Origin: an uncultured virus (IMG/VR IMGVR_UViG_3300044970_001619)
Lineage: Duplodnaviria; Heunggongvirae; Uroviricota; Caudoviricetes
IMG/VR virus record: IMGVR_UViG_3300044970_001619
Location: 62,001-122,923 of that record
DNA length: 60,923 bases
Direction: 5' to 3' (one strand)
The notes beneath the pieces were generated by a model. The model saw nothing but the letters and a program-made list of their open reading frames with translations. It had not been told where the DNA came from and searched no databases. This document shows positions 19,838 to 29,651 of this stretch, one piece after another. The position numbers were made by a program, and so were the translations under genes. The number at the start of each line of letters is the position of its first letter. Position 1 is the first letter of the stretch.

Positions 19838-22800
19838 TTATCTTCCTAATGCAATGAGTAAAGGTGTTACTGTATTTAACAAACTTTGACTGAAGGATCT
19901 TCCACTAATGGTTCCAGTTAATTGATTGATAACTACTCCCTCACCAATTCTAAAGTTTCCTGACTGGTCAGTACTAGTATAAACAACTTCTCCTCCATTT
20001 ATCCTAACGACTTCATTCTGTTGTCTTGTCACACCACCTTTAGATGGTCTTGCAGATTCAATTGCATTGCCTGCTCCTATATATTCAAATGATATTGTAG
20101 ATGCAACCTGCAAACTCATTCTAGAGAAATAAGCAGTAGTTCCTGCACTGACTGTATTATTTAGATTTTCAGTTAATGTGATAGTTGAAATGCCAGCAGA
20201 TGGTAAAGTTGCACCATCAACTTTATAATATATTGGTGCAAGATTTGCAGAAGCAGTTGCCGTAACCCCAGCACCAGGACCACTGATCGTTACAGTTGGT
20301 GCAGTTACATATTGATTACCAGTACTAATAACATTAATTGAAACTACTTTTCCATTTTCAATTACAGGAAATGCCTCGGCAGTAATTCCATTTGGACCAG
20401 TTGGAGAACTAATTGTAACAGTTGGTTCCGATGTATAACCAGAACCACCATCAGTGACACTTATAGATTCAACAGAATAATATAAGTTTCCAAAATAAAT
20501 TGCTTGCCCTTGATATGGTCTATTGGTTCCCAAACCAGAAACTGTAATTATATTTTGACCTATAGTAGCATTTGTATTTGCAGTTCCAGTATATCTAAAA
20601 ATTGATCTACTAGAGTAATCCCCTACACCATTTGAATATAATCCATAAGTTCCGAATGAATTGTTAGAATTGGTAATATCACACTGACCACCAGAAGATG
20701 TATAAATCGCAATATCATCACAAATTGTAAAGATAGAAACTAATTGAGCATAACCACCATTGGTAATTGACACTCCAATACCACCTTGATTATATTGTGT
20801 ATAAGAATCAACACTCATAGAACCTTGAATGCCATTATCAATTTCATCTCCAGGTTCTGCATCAAAACCATTTACCTTTAATCCAATGCTATTTGGTATA
20901 AAATTTGTGCAGTTGCGAATATAAGGACCTTTTGAAATAATTCCGACACCAGGTGAGAACGTTGTTCCTTCAAGTTTTGTGCTGGACCAATTGTTACTTG
21001 ATTGTCCATCATATGCTGATGGTAGTGTTGTATTAATTCCTGCTCCACCAAGAGCACTCAAACCATCATTAATTATTGTAGTCACAATTCCAACACAAGA
21101 ATATAATGCAGAAATTACATTTGAACAAGAATTTAAATTAGTATTAGATCCAGTTGCAGAATCTGCTTGAATGGAAACATCCTTTACTTGTGTATAATAA
21201 GACTGATAATTTCCACCACTTGTTTTTGCAAAAGAAACATTATTAATACAAGACCTTGCAATTCCTACTGCATAATTAAAGGCATCTATTGTTTCGGTTT
21301 TAAATCCAACAATATTCTGAAGTGCTCCTCCTGCAGTGTAATATGATTTTCCTGCAACCACACACTTAGAATTTCCACCCCTTGTAATGTCATGGCATAC
21401 TGCCTTTAATGCAGATACAACACCTTTTCTAATTGTACTTATTCCAGAATTAAATATAGGATTTTTATAATCTGTGCTGGTTAAATATCCTACAGTTTCT
21501 TCAGAAATAAAATCAAGATTCATACGAATCATTCTTGCAGCATCAAAAAATCTATGAGTAGAAACTCCAGCAAGTGGTTGAAATGATACTACCGATGCAC
21601 CATTTGTTGATGGAGCACCAACAAAACTTAAATCTGTTAAATGACATCCATTATTAACGTGGAATAAATCAAGTCCAGTGTTTTGTGGTGAAACTAAACA
21701 GTTACGCAACTCTGTTCCTTCCACTGAAACATCTTTTGATAAAACTATTGGATTATTTTCAACATAAGTTCCTGGAAAAACTTTAATTGTATCTCCAGGT
21801 AAAGCAAGTGCTGCTGCTGCTTTTATAGTTTTCTTTGCATCATTATTCAACAATCCAGTGTTTGAATCATTTCCTTCAAAGGAAACAAAGATTGTTTTTC
21901 CTATAGTAGTGCGAATTCCTACATTAACTATTCCCTTTCCTGCTGTTTGTGTAGATGTTAAAGTAAGACCGGTCCCAATATTAATTTGAGTTACAATACC
22001 TACTATGGATTCCCCATTTCCAAGATAATTATTAGTGAAAATTGTTGTTGCAGTTAAAAGACCAACAGTAGCAGTTCCAGAAACACGAACATCAGTTGCG
22101 GTTAAAAATCCTATAGTAGCAATACCAACAGAGGCAAATCCTACAGTTGCAATACCAATTGATGCAAGTCCGACATTTGCATAACTAATTGTTGCAATTC
22201 CAATAGAAGCAGCAGCAGCAACTATTCCTCCACTAAAATTACCAGAAAATGTACCTGCAGTTAATATTCCCGATACTCGTACATTTGTAAAAGTTCCAAA
22301 TCCTATTGTTGCAATTCCAATTGATGCTGCAGTTCCAACCAATAAACCCGATGTAATCCTAGTATTATTAATAAAATCAAGGGTTGCATCATACGAAGAT
22401 AATGTATTAAGACCAGTGAGTGTATTTGCAGTAACAATTCCCAAAGTTGCATTGGGTGAATTTAAATTAGTTGCAGTTAAAAATCCAACAGTAGCAGTTC
22501 CAGAAACACGAGCATTAGTTGCTGTTAAGAACCCAATTGTAGCAGCACCTGATATTCTGACATTTGTAAATGTTCCAAATCCAATCGTTGCAACTCCTAC
22601 AGAAGCAAACCCAATTGATGCTAAATTGGTTACATTTAAGTTAGTTGTTGTTGTTAAACCAGAAACACCTAAAGTTCCAATTGTACCAATGTCACTAATA
22701 TTTAAATCAACACCAGAAACTGTTCCACCAGAAAGATTGACTGCTGTAGTAGCAGTAGCAGCATTTCCTCCAATACTAATATTCTGAAAACTTCCAGGAG

Positions 22801-23260
22801 TAATAATGTTTGCAGTGTTTGCTGTTCCTACATTAATGTCGTAAAATCCCTCTAACCTTTCGGAAGGAACTATACCACCTGTAATATTTGATGCATCAGT
22901 CAAAGCATCAGAAGAAGAAGCAGAATCAACAGAAATTGGATAATGACCAGATAATCTTGCACTGCTGATTGTTCCTGCAGCAATATTTGCAGCATTCGTA
23001 AGTATATTTGCACTATTTACATCAATTCCATAATAACCAGATAATCTAGAACTACTAATAAATCCACCAGTTATATTCGCAGCATTATTTAATCTATCAG
23101 CAGTTGCTGCGTTTCCTTGTAGAGTTCCAACAAACTTATCTGCGGTTATAGTTGTAGCACCAACTATTCCACTATTCTGTAAATTGAGATTATCTCCAGG
23201 TGCTAATTCCTCAATCTGTTGAGTTGTTGGATTTGCTATAAGTGGAAATCTGTCCGTCAT
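19838..23260 (-). CDS. Beta-helix virion appendage protein with repetitive N-terminal shaft
   Basis: 1140 aa; C-terminal half paralogous to 1653..3467 (PYIRNCTNF, DSYTQYNQ, TSTDQSGNFRIG, TPLLIALG). Confidence 0.75.
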   Translation of the reverse strand: MTDRFPLIANPTTQQIEELAPGDNLNLQNSGIVGATTITADKFVGTLQGNAATADRLNNAANITGGFISSSRLSGYYGIDVNSANILTNAANIAAGTISSARLSGHYPISVDSASSSDALTDASNITGGIVPSERLEGFYDINVGTANTANIITPGSFQNISIGGNAATATTAVNLSGGTVSGVDLNISDIGTIGTLGVSGLTTTTNLNVTNLASIGFASVGVATIGFGTFTNVRISGAATIGFLTATNARVSGTATVGFLTATNLNSPNATLGIVTANTLTGLNTLSSYDATLDFINNTRITSGLLVGTAASIGIATIGFGTFTNVRVSGILTAGTFSGNFSGGIVAAAASIGIATISYANVGLASIGIATVGFASVGIATIGFLTATDVRVSGTATVGLLTATTIFTNNYLGNGESIVGIVTQINIGTGLTLTSTQTAGKGIVNVGIRTTIGKTIFVSFEGNDSNTGLLNNDAKKTIKAAAALALPGDTIKVFPGTYVENNPIVLSKDVSVEGTELRNCLVSPQNTGLDLFHVNNGCHLTDLSFVGAPSTNGASVVSFQPLAGVSTHRFFDAARMIRMNLDFISEETVGYLTSTDYKNPIFNSGISTIRKGVVSALKAVCHDITRGGNSKCVVAGKSYYTAGGALQNIVGFKTETIDAFNYAVGIARSCINNVSFAKTSGGNYQSYYTQVKDVSIQADSATGSNTNLNSCSNVISALYSCVGIVTTIINDGLSALGGAGINTTLPSAYDGQSSNNWSSTKLEGTTFSPGVGIISKGPYIRNCTNFIPNSIGLKVNGFDAEPGDEIDNGIQGSMSVDSYTQYNQGGIGVSITNGGYAQLVSIFTICDDIAIYTSSGGQCDITNSNNSFGTYGLYSNGVGDYSSRSIFRYTGTANTNATIGQNIITVSGLGTNRPYQGQAIYFGNLYYSVESISVTDGGSGYTSEPTVTISSPTGPNGITAEAFPVIENGKVVSINVISTGNQYVTAPTVTISGPGAGVTATASANLAPIYYKVDGATLPSAGISTITLTENLNNTVSAGTTAYFSRMSLQVASTISFEYIGAGNAIESARPSKGGVTRQQNEVVRINGGEVVYTSTDQSGNFRIGEGVVINQLTGTISGRSFSQSLLNTVTPLLIALGR

Positions 23261-23409
23261 TACTTATTGCTGGTACTTTTTTTCTTATAATATATAGGTT
23301 TCATTCTATGGAGCATTTTTAAACAGTTCCAATATTAACAGTAGAAGAAGATATTTTTCTAATTTATATCTATAGAACCAATTTGGGGTCCTGTCAACCA
23401 ATTCAATTC

Positions 23410-23836
23410 TTAAGAAAACAGTTCAACCCAAGAATGTATGGTTTTACCCCAGTCATAATGCTCTCTTGCATAATGTTGTATCTCTTCACATTTTTCTTTA
23501 TATTCCTTTGGATTATCTTTATAGTATAGTAAATTTTTTCTAGTTTCGTTTAGAAATCCTAATTCATCTAAAGGAACTAAAATTCCTCCACCATGTTTTC
23601 CATTTTCTTCAAAATATCCAACAGGAGTTCCTATAACAAGTTTGCCAGTCCTCATTTGTAATGACTGAAACGTGCTCATTGCAAATTGCATCAGAATCTT
23701 CATGACCATAATGAATAATATAGTGCCCACGAGCACTCATCATCTTACAAAATTTAACTACTTTTTGAGTATATGCACAGGCATTAAAATCTTTACTAGA
23801 AACCGTGTGCGGTAAACCAAGAACATGAAATCTCAT
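23410..23836 (-). pseudogene. Glycosyltransferase (GT-B/GT4-like) remnant with large internal deletion and frameshift
   Basis: N-terminal MRFHVLGLPHT...ARGHYIIHYG in one frame; C-terminal GKLVIGTPVG...YAREHYDW...W in another; only ~430 bp in total. Confidence 0.65.
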
Positions 23837-23865
23837 AATAAAAAGTATCTTCAGTATATATTATA

Positions 23866-24174
23866 TCACGGTTTTGGATATTTTTGCTTTATTTTATCAA
23901 TCTCTGCTTTCCAAGCATCATAACCACCATGATATAAGAGATCAAATTGATCAGCAAAAGATGGATATTCTATTGCTCTAAGTCTTTGATATTCATTGTG
24001 ATCATATTCTGCTTGAAGTCGTTGCATCTCTGCTTCAATTTCTTCAAAAGTTGGTTTTGGAATATCTTCAGAAAACCACTTTAATTGTTCATAATCACAA
24101 TCAATACAAAACCATTGTGATTTTGGTGCTAAAGATGAAATTGCCTTATAAAAAAAGTTTGATTCTATTGTCAT
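23866..24174 (-). CDS. Tail fibre assembly chaperone-like protein
   Basis: YQRLRAIEYPSFADQFDLLYH...IKQKYPKP motif; overlaps the fibre stop. Confidence 0.65.
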   Translation of the reverse strand: MTIESNFFYKAISSLAPKSQWFCIDCDYEQLKWFSEDIPKPTFEEIEAEMQRLQAEYDHNEYQRLRAIEYPSFADQFDLLYHGGYDAWKAEIDKIKQKYPKP

Positions 24175-26219
24175 GCTACTATCTCCATTGCCGTAATTGA
24201 TGCTGCTCTAGTTTCACCACCAGTTCCAGTTAGAGCACTTACAGTTCCTCCCAATTTACTTCTAAAATAAAGTTTATATTCTACAGAAGATGTTGTACTT
24301 GGAGAATCTATCCAAGTGAGCGATGCACCTGAATAAACTGGTGGTGAATTCGTACCTACAAATATCATACCATAAGTTGCATCTCCAAGATTAGTACCAC
24401 TTCTAAAAATAGAAAAATATCCACCATCTCCACTTGATGCTTGAGTTTCTTGATTTGCTGAGAAATGTGAAATTATAAGTATTTTACTAGAAGTAGAGTT
24501 TGGGATGATTGAAACTGCTAAACTTGATGCCTGAAAAGATGTTGATGTTGTTGAGTTCGTTAAACTAGATGTTGCATATGCAACTTGTATAATACTTCCA
24601 CTAACACTAACACCTGAAGCACCTTGAGTTCCTTGAGTGCCCTGAGTGCCCTGAGTACCTTGAGTACCTGTTCCTGTAGTACCTTGAGTACCTGTTCCTG
24701 TAGCACCTTGAGTACCTTGTGTGCCTTGAGTACCTTGAGTTCCTTGAGTACCTTGAGTTCCTTGAGTACCCTGAGTACCCTGAGTACCCTGTGTTCCTTG
24801 AAGTCCCTGAAGACCTTGAGTACCTTGAGTTCCTTGAGTACCCTGTGTTCCTTGAGTACCTTGAGTACCTTGAGTTCCTTGAGTACCCTGTGTTCCTTGA
24901 GCACCTCCTCCACCAGAGATACCTTGAGTACCTTGAGTTCCCTGAGTACCCTGTGTTCCTTGAGCACCTTCTCCACCAGAGATACCTTGAGTACCTTGAG
25001 TTCCCTGAGTACCCTGTGTTCCTTGAGCACCTCCTCCACCAGAGATACCTTGAGTACCTTGAGTTCCCTGAGTACCTTGAGTTCCCTGAGTACCCTGTGT
25101 TCCTTGAGTTCCTTGAGTTCCTTGAGCACCTCCTTCCCCAGAGATGCCTTGAGTGCCCTGAGTTCCTTGTGTTCCCTGAAGACCTTGAGTACCTTGAGTT
25201 CCCTGAGTACCCTGTGTTCCTTGAGTTCCTTGAGTTCCTTGAGCACCTCCTTCCCCAGAGATGCCTTGAGTGCCCTGAGTTCCTTGTGTTCCCTGAAGTC
25301 CTTGAGTACCTTGAGTACCTTGAGTTCCCTGTGTTCCTTGAGTTCCCTGTGTTCCTTGAGTACCTTGAGTACCTTGAGTACCTTGAGTTCCCTGTGTTCC
25401 TTGAGTACCTTGAGTTCCCTGTGTTCCTTGAGTACCTTGAGTTCCCTGTGTTCCCTGTGTTCCTTGAGTACCTTGAGTTCCCTGTGTTCCTTGAGTGCCC
25501 TGAAGTCCCTGAAGACCCTGAAGACCAGCAGCATAAGGGGAGGTCCAAGAAACTCCAGCACCTGTAGAAACAAGAATAGAACTTTCAATACCTACATTGT
25601 TATTAAAATCTTTAAGACCAGAACGAAGTCTTATATTTCCATTTACGTCTAATGGGTCTGTTGGGGTTGCAGTTCTAATTCCAACTAAACCATCTAAAGT
25701 TGCAGTCAAAACAGTGGCACCAATACCAACATTAATGGATTTTCCTGCTGTTAAAATTCCAGTAACATTATCAAAAATCAATAATGAAGAAGTTCCAAAC
25801 TCATTGTTATTATTAAAAAATATTTGTTGATTATTTCCTGGAGCAAAAACTCTAACAGTAACTCCAGTTCCTGGGGAATTATCTGCATTTAAATAACCAG
25901 TTACACTAATTGCAGATCCAACAAAATTTATTTGAGTAATGCTACTCACACCAGCATTACTGGGGACAATAATATTTTCATCATAAACACTAATAGAACC
26001 AGGTATCAATCCACCTCCAGGTGGAATCCAATATCGTTGTCCTGGATATCCAGGTACTGAAACAACTTGATATGGTTGACCAAAAGGAAGAGATTGTTCC
26101 AGTAAAGAAGGATCTCCAAGATTTGGTTCTGCTTGATTTATTGCTAAGTACTTATATCTATCACTTGTTAAATCGGACTGTGACCTTCTTTTTACTCTTC
26201 CACTTAAATACTTTGTCAT
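24171..26219 (-). CDS. Collagen-like tail fibre (third gene of cassette 3)
   Basis: 682 aa; MTKYLSGRVKR start, about 100 G-X-Y triplets, C-terminal IIQV...PNSTSSKILI...DSPSTTSSVEYK...ITAMEI domain. Confidence 0.85.
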   Translation of the reverse strand: MTKYLSGRVKRRSQSDLTSDRYKYLAINQAEPNLGDPSLLEQSLPFGQPYQVVSVPGYPGQRYWIPPGGGLIPGSISVYDENIIVPSNAGVSSITQINFVGSAISVTGYLNADNSPGTGVTVRVFAPGNNQQIFFNNNNEFGTSSLLIFDNVTGILTAGKSINVGIGATVLTATLDGLVGIRTATPTDPLDVNGNIRLRSGLKDFNNNVGIESSILVSTGAGVSWTSPYAAGLQGLQGLQGTQGTQGTQGTQGTQGTQGTQGTQGTQGTQGTQGTQGTQGTQGTQGTQGTQGTQGTQGTQGTQGTQGLQGTQGTQGTQGISGEGGAQGTQGTQGTQGTQGTQGTQGLQGTQGTQGTQGISGEGGAQGTQGTQGTQGTQGTQGTQGTQGTQGISGGGGAQGTQGTQGTQGTQGISGGEGAQGTQGTQGTQGTQGISGGGGAQGTQGTQGTQGTQGTQGTQGTQGTQGTQGLQGLQGTQGTQGTQGTQGTQGTQGTQGTQGTQGTQGATGTGTQGTTGTGTQGTQGTQGTQGTQGASGVSVSGSIIQVAYATSSLTNSTTSTSFQASSLAVSIIPNSTSSKILIISHFSANQETQASSGDGGYFSIFRSGTNLGDATYGMIFVGTNSPPVYSGASLTWIDSPSTTSSVEYKLYFRSKLGGTVSALTGTGGETRAASITAMEIVA
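24615..25525. repeat. 9-bp GTQ repeat interrupted by GISG(E/G)GGAQ units
   Basis: Directly visible tandem repeat. Confidence 0.95.
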
Positions 26220-26221
26220 AA

Positions 26222-26902
26222 TTATACAATGCCAGATACATTAGTTTCAAGAATGCTACAAAGGAATTCCATTTGCAACGGACCCACTTGACCACCACTT
26301 ACATAAGTGTGTGCAATACCAATGGTTATACCAGAATTGGTCACAAACGTTTTTGATGTTCCTACACTCCCAATAATAGAATCTATAACAAAAGACTTTT
26401 GAGGTGATGGAAAAATTGTAGTAGTAAGTCCTATAAACTGACTTGAACAAGTAAATGCAAGACCACTCATTGTGACTTCATCACCTGCTACAAAATTATG
26501 AGGAGTTACTGTTGTGACAGTTGTAATTCCTGTTTGATTATCATAAGTGCAAGTAGAAATTGAAACAATCCCGGATTGTATCCCGGAAAGAACGATTGAG
26601 TCAGTGATAATTGCACTCTTTTCCAAAACCAGACGACCATCAATCAAAATAGCAACATCATTTGGAGGAACTTCTATATTTTTCGCAATCCTTGTATTCC
26701 TTGTATTCCCTACTGTTCTTTGAGAACTACTTGTTCTTCTATGTGTAAGTGTAACTATTGGATAAGTGTTGACTCCAACATTCGCAACTTGAGCATATAA
26801 CAAAATAGAAGATTGTCCAGTGGGGACTGTATAAACAGTCTGCTCTCCTGGTGCGACAGGAACTGCTATGGTCAAATATGTATTAAGTGGTGAAACTGCC
26901 AT
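26222..26902 (-). CDS. Small virion structural protein (cassette paralog 3) with an inserted beta-domain
   Basis: LLYAQVANV...DGRLVLE...SILET, plus a YDNQTGITTVTT...HNF insert also found in 1653..3467. Confidence 0.75.
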   Translation of the reverse strand: MAVSPLNTYLTIAVPVAPGEQTVYTVPTGQSSILLYAQVANVGVNTYPIVTLTHRRTSSSQRTVGNTRNTRIAKNIEVPPNDVAILIDGRLVLEKSAIITDSIVLSGIQSGIVSISTCTYDNQTGITTVTTVTPHNFVAGDEVTMSGLAFTCSSQFIGLTTTIFPSPQKSFVIDSIIGSVGTSKTFVTNSGITIGIAHTYVSGGQVGPLQMEFLCSILETNVSGIV

Positions 26903-26906
26903 ATTA

Positions 26907-29651
26907 CTATCTTAATGCTAAAATCAGTGGTGTAACTTCTGCCTGAATTGCTCTACTAAAATCTCTCCCTCTAATTGTTCTTGTCGGTTGATTAATCTGA
27001 AGACCTTCTCCGATATCAAAATTACCTTTTTGGTCTGTACTTGTGAATGGCACTTGTGCCCCATCTAAAGCAACAATTTCATTTGCTTTTATAGGAACTG
27101 CCCCCTGAAAAGGTGTGGAAGTATTTATACTTGTGCCAGTACCAATATATTCAAAAGAGTGAGAACTCGTAAGAATTCTGCTAATTCTTTTTAATGAAAC
27201 ATCTTCATCACCATATAACTCATAAGGAATTCTTTCATTGAATGTAACTGTTGTTGTGCCACCAACAGAAACTTGAGTGGCAACATCAACTGTATAATAA
27301 ATTGGTTGTGTAATAACTATTGCCGTTGCAGTAGTACCTATACCAATTGGTGAATCAATTTGAACTATTAAATTTTGAGTAGGTAGATAATTTCTCCCAC
27401 TACTTATAACATCAACTGAAAGGATACTCCCATCATTTGTATCTACTGTGGGACTTAATTGTGCTATAATACTTTGAGGTCCTTTTGGTTGTTGTGTATT
27501 ATCGTTACTATCAATAATGCGGACATTAGGTGGAGATGAAGCACTATATCCAGATCCAGCATCTATTATTTTAATTTCTTGTACTCTAACCATCGGTAAA
27601 GTTAAAGTTGGGAAACTTGCTGCATCTGGATATCTCCCATCCAAATTACTAATCTGGAAAAATAAAGCCTGACCATCATAAGGTCTTCGTGGTACATTAT
27701 ATACATCCTTTACATTTGTAAGTTCAACTTTATCACTATTTGCATTCACACCAGGAGTTACTCTTGTTATAACTGGTCCAAAATTTTGAGGAACAGGATT
27801 AACCTTTCCAGTAAATTCTGTAGAACCCAATCCAACTGCATACAATCCATAATTACCAAATGAAGAGTTGGAGTTTGTAAGGTCGCAAGATCCTCCACTA
27901 TCACAATAAATTCCTTTATCACAATTAATTGTAAAAATAGATACTAATTGAGCATAACCATTGTTTGTAATGGAAACACCAATACCATTTTCATTATATT
28001 GAGTAAATGAATCACAAACCATACACTTGAGATTATTTCCAATATTATTAATAGGATCTGAAACACTTGCGTGATTTCCATCAATCTTCATACCAATACT
28101 TTTTGTCATAAAGTTGGTACAATTTCTAATGTATGGACTTCTCCATCTTCCAGATGGACCTTCTAATGTTGGTCCTGCAGCAATATATCCAGTATTTGCA
28201 CGGTCGGCAATATCTATTGGAGGAAATGCAACTGCTGCACATCCAGTATGAGCAATTGAAACTGCATTTGGATCTCCTGGTGCTCCACCAGCAAAATTTA
28301 AATTTTCTATTAAGCAACCTCTACGAACGTGAAATACATCTTTTGTGCGATTTTGTGGAACGATTGTGACTAATCTCAAATCTTGTCCTGATACTGTTAC
28401 ATCAGTTCTCAAACCGATAGGATTATTTTCAAAATAAACACCAGGACGTATATAAATTGTATCACCATCTTGTGCAATTGATGCTGCTGCTCCTACAGTT
28501 GCTTTTGCATCACCTTCAAGTAATCCACTGTTTGCATCATTACCATCTTTGGTTACATATATGATATTTTGAGTTTGAACACCAGAAGGTCTCCAAGATA
28601 CTCCGGTTCCTACAGAAGAAAGACGATAATCAAATTTTCCAGTAGCAGTGCTGTTGTTTATATCAATCAATGAAGAATTAAGTTCTACTGTATTTTGAAA
28701 TAAAACCTCCTTTACAATATCTACATCTTTAATTGGTAAATTGGTTCCAACTCCAACCGAACCAATTCCAGTCGTGGTAAATACTGTGCCTGAAATTCCA
28801 ACTTGAAATGTCTGAGTAACACTTGCTGTTCCGACAACATCCAGAGAAAAAGAAGGATTTGAATTGTTAATTCCAACATTAGAATTTCTGTAGATTGATG
28901 TACTTCCATTTACATAATCCCAATAATCATAAACATAAACATCTGCAATGTTTGAATTACTTGAATTTACAAATGCCTGAACTGGATCAGTGTTAACACC
29001 AGCACCTCGTCCTGTGTTAAAATTTATTCCAAAAAAAGACTGTCCAGTTCCAATTAAAGACAAGTCATTATAAACAAGAATTCCAGCAGCACTGGCAGGG
29101 GTTATTTCAACCCATCTAATTCCATTAATGTCTCGGGAAAGATAATATCCAGTAACTCCAGAATAATTTACAGAATCATATATATTTTCATCTACTTTTA
29201 TACTTCCTGCAATATCAAGTTTTTGTGTTGGTATGTTGCTGCCAATACCAACATTTCCAGAATAAGTTGAACCGAGTCCAACAATATTTGAGTCTCCACT
29301 ATTAAGTACAGTAAAAACTGTCCCACCATACCCAACGTCAAATCTTTTTGTAATTGTTCCAACACCACTTACATTTAAATTACCAAAAACATCAAGTGTT
29401 GCTTGTGGATTTGTTGTGTTTATTCCCAATCTATTCAAACCAGGATTATAAACTAATCCGAGACTCACACCGGGATCGTTGCTATCAATAGCACTATCGT
29501 TTAAATATGGATAATAATTTTTATTTTCATTTAATGCAATTCCAACTTTTACAATATCTGGATTTTCACGAAGATACAATCCAAGCCAAGGTTCAATTAA
29601 ATCGGTTGATGTTATAAGACCAGTTCTCGTATCCCTTAAAAGTATACTCAT
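26907..29651 (-). CDS. Beta-helix virion appendage protein
   Basis: 914 aa; YVTKDGND, SPYIRNCTNF, DSFTQYNE, TSTDQKGNF, TPLILALR. Confidence 0.75.
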   Translation of the reverse strand: MSILLRDTRTGLITSTDLIEPWLGLYLRENPDIVKVGIALNENKNYYPYLNDSAIDSNDPGVSLGLVYNPGLNRLGINTTNPQATLDVFGNLNVSGVGTITKRFDVGYGGTVFTVLNSGDSNIVGLGSTYSGNVGIGSNIPTQKLDIAGSIKVDENIYDSVNYSGVTGYYLSRDINGIRWVEITPASAAGILVYNDLSLIGTGQSFFGINFNTGRGAGVNTDPVQAFVNSSNSNIADVYVYDYWDYVNGSTSIYRNSNVGINNSNPSFSLDVVGTASVTQTFQVGISGTVFTTTGIGSVGVGTNLPIKDVDIVKEVLFQNTVELNSSLIDINNSTATGKFDYRLSSVGTGVSWRPSGVQTQNIIYVTKDGNDANSGLLEGDAKATVGAAASIAQDGDTIYIRPGVYFENNPIGLRTDVTVSGQDLRLVTIVPQNRTKDVFHVRRGCLIENLNFAGGAPGDPNAVSIAHTGCAAVAFPPIDIADRANTGYIAAGPTLEGPSGRWRSPYIRNCTNFMTKSIGMKIDGNHASVSDPINNIGNNLKCMVCDSFTQYNENGIGVSITNNGYAQLVSIFTINCDKGIYCDSGGSCDLTNSNSSFGNYGLYAVGLGSTEFTGKVNPVPQNFGPVITRVTPGVNANSDKVELTNVKDVYNVPRRPYDGQALFFQISNLDGRYPDAASFPTLTLPMVRVQEIKIIDAGSGYSASSPPNVRIIDSNDNTQQPKGPQSIIAQLSPTVDTNDGSILSVDVISSGRNYLPTQNLIVQIDSPIGIGTTATAIVITQPIYYTVDVATQVSVGGTTTVTFNERIPYELYGDEDVSLKRISRILTSSHSFEYIGTGTSINTSTPFQGAVPIKANEIVALDGAQVPFTSTDQKGNFDIGEGLQINQPTRTIRGRDFSRAIQAEVTPLILALR

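Noticed and set aside
23368..23397. TTGACA-N17-TATAGA promoter candidate (minus strand)
   Set aside because: The -10 box lacks the conserved final T and precedes late structural genes; too weak to call
14268..25525. Possible CRISPR array or diversity-generating retroelement
   Set aside because: The repeats are coding and lack unique spacers; there is no reverse transcriptase and no adenine-specific TR/VR pair was seen
24560..25652. Four overlapping ORFs of about 280-340 aa
   Set aside because: Same repeat artefact; only the GTQ frame has sensible flanking domains
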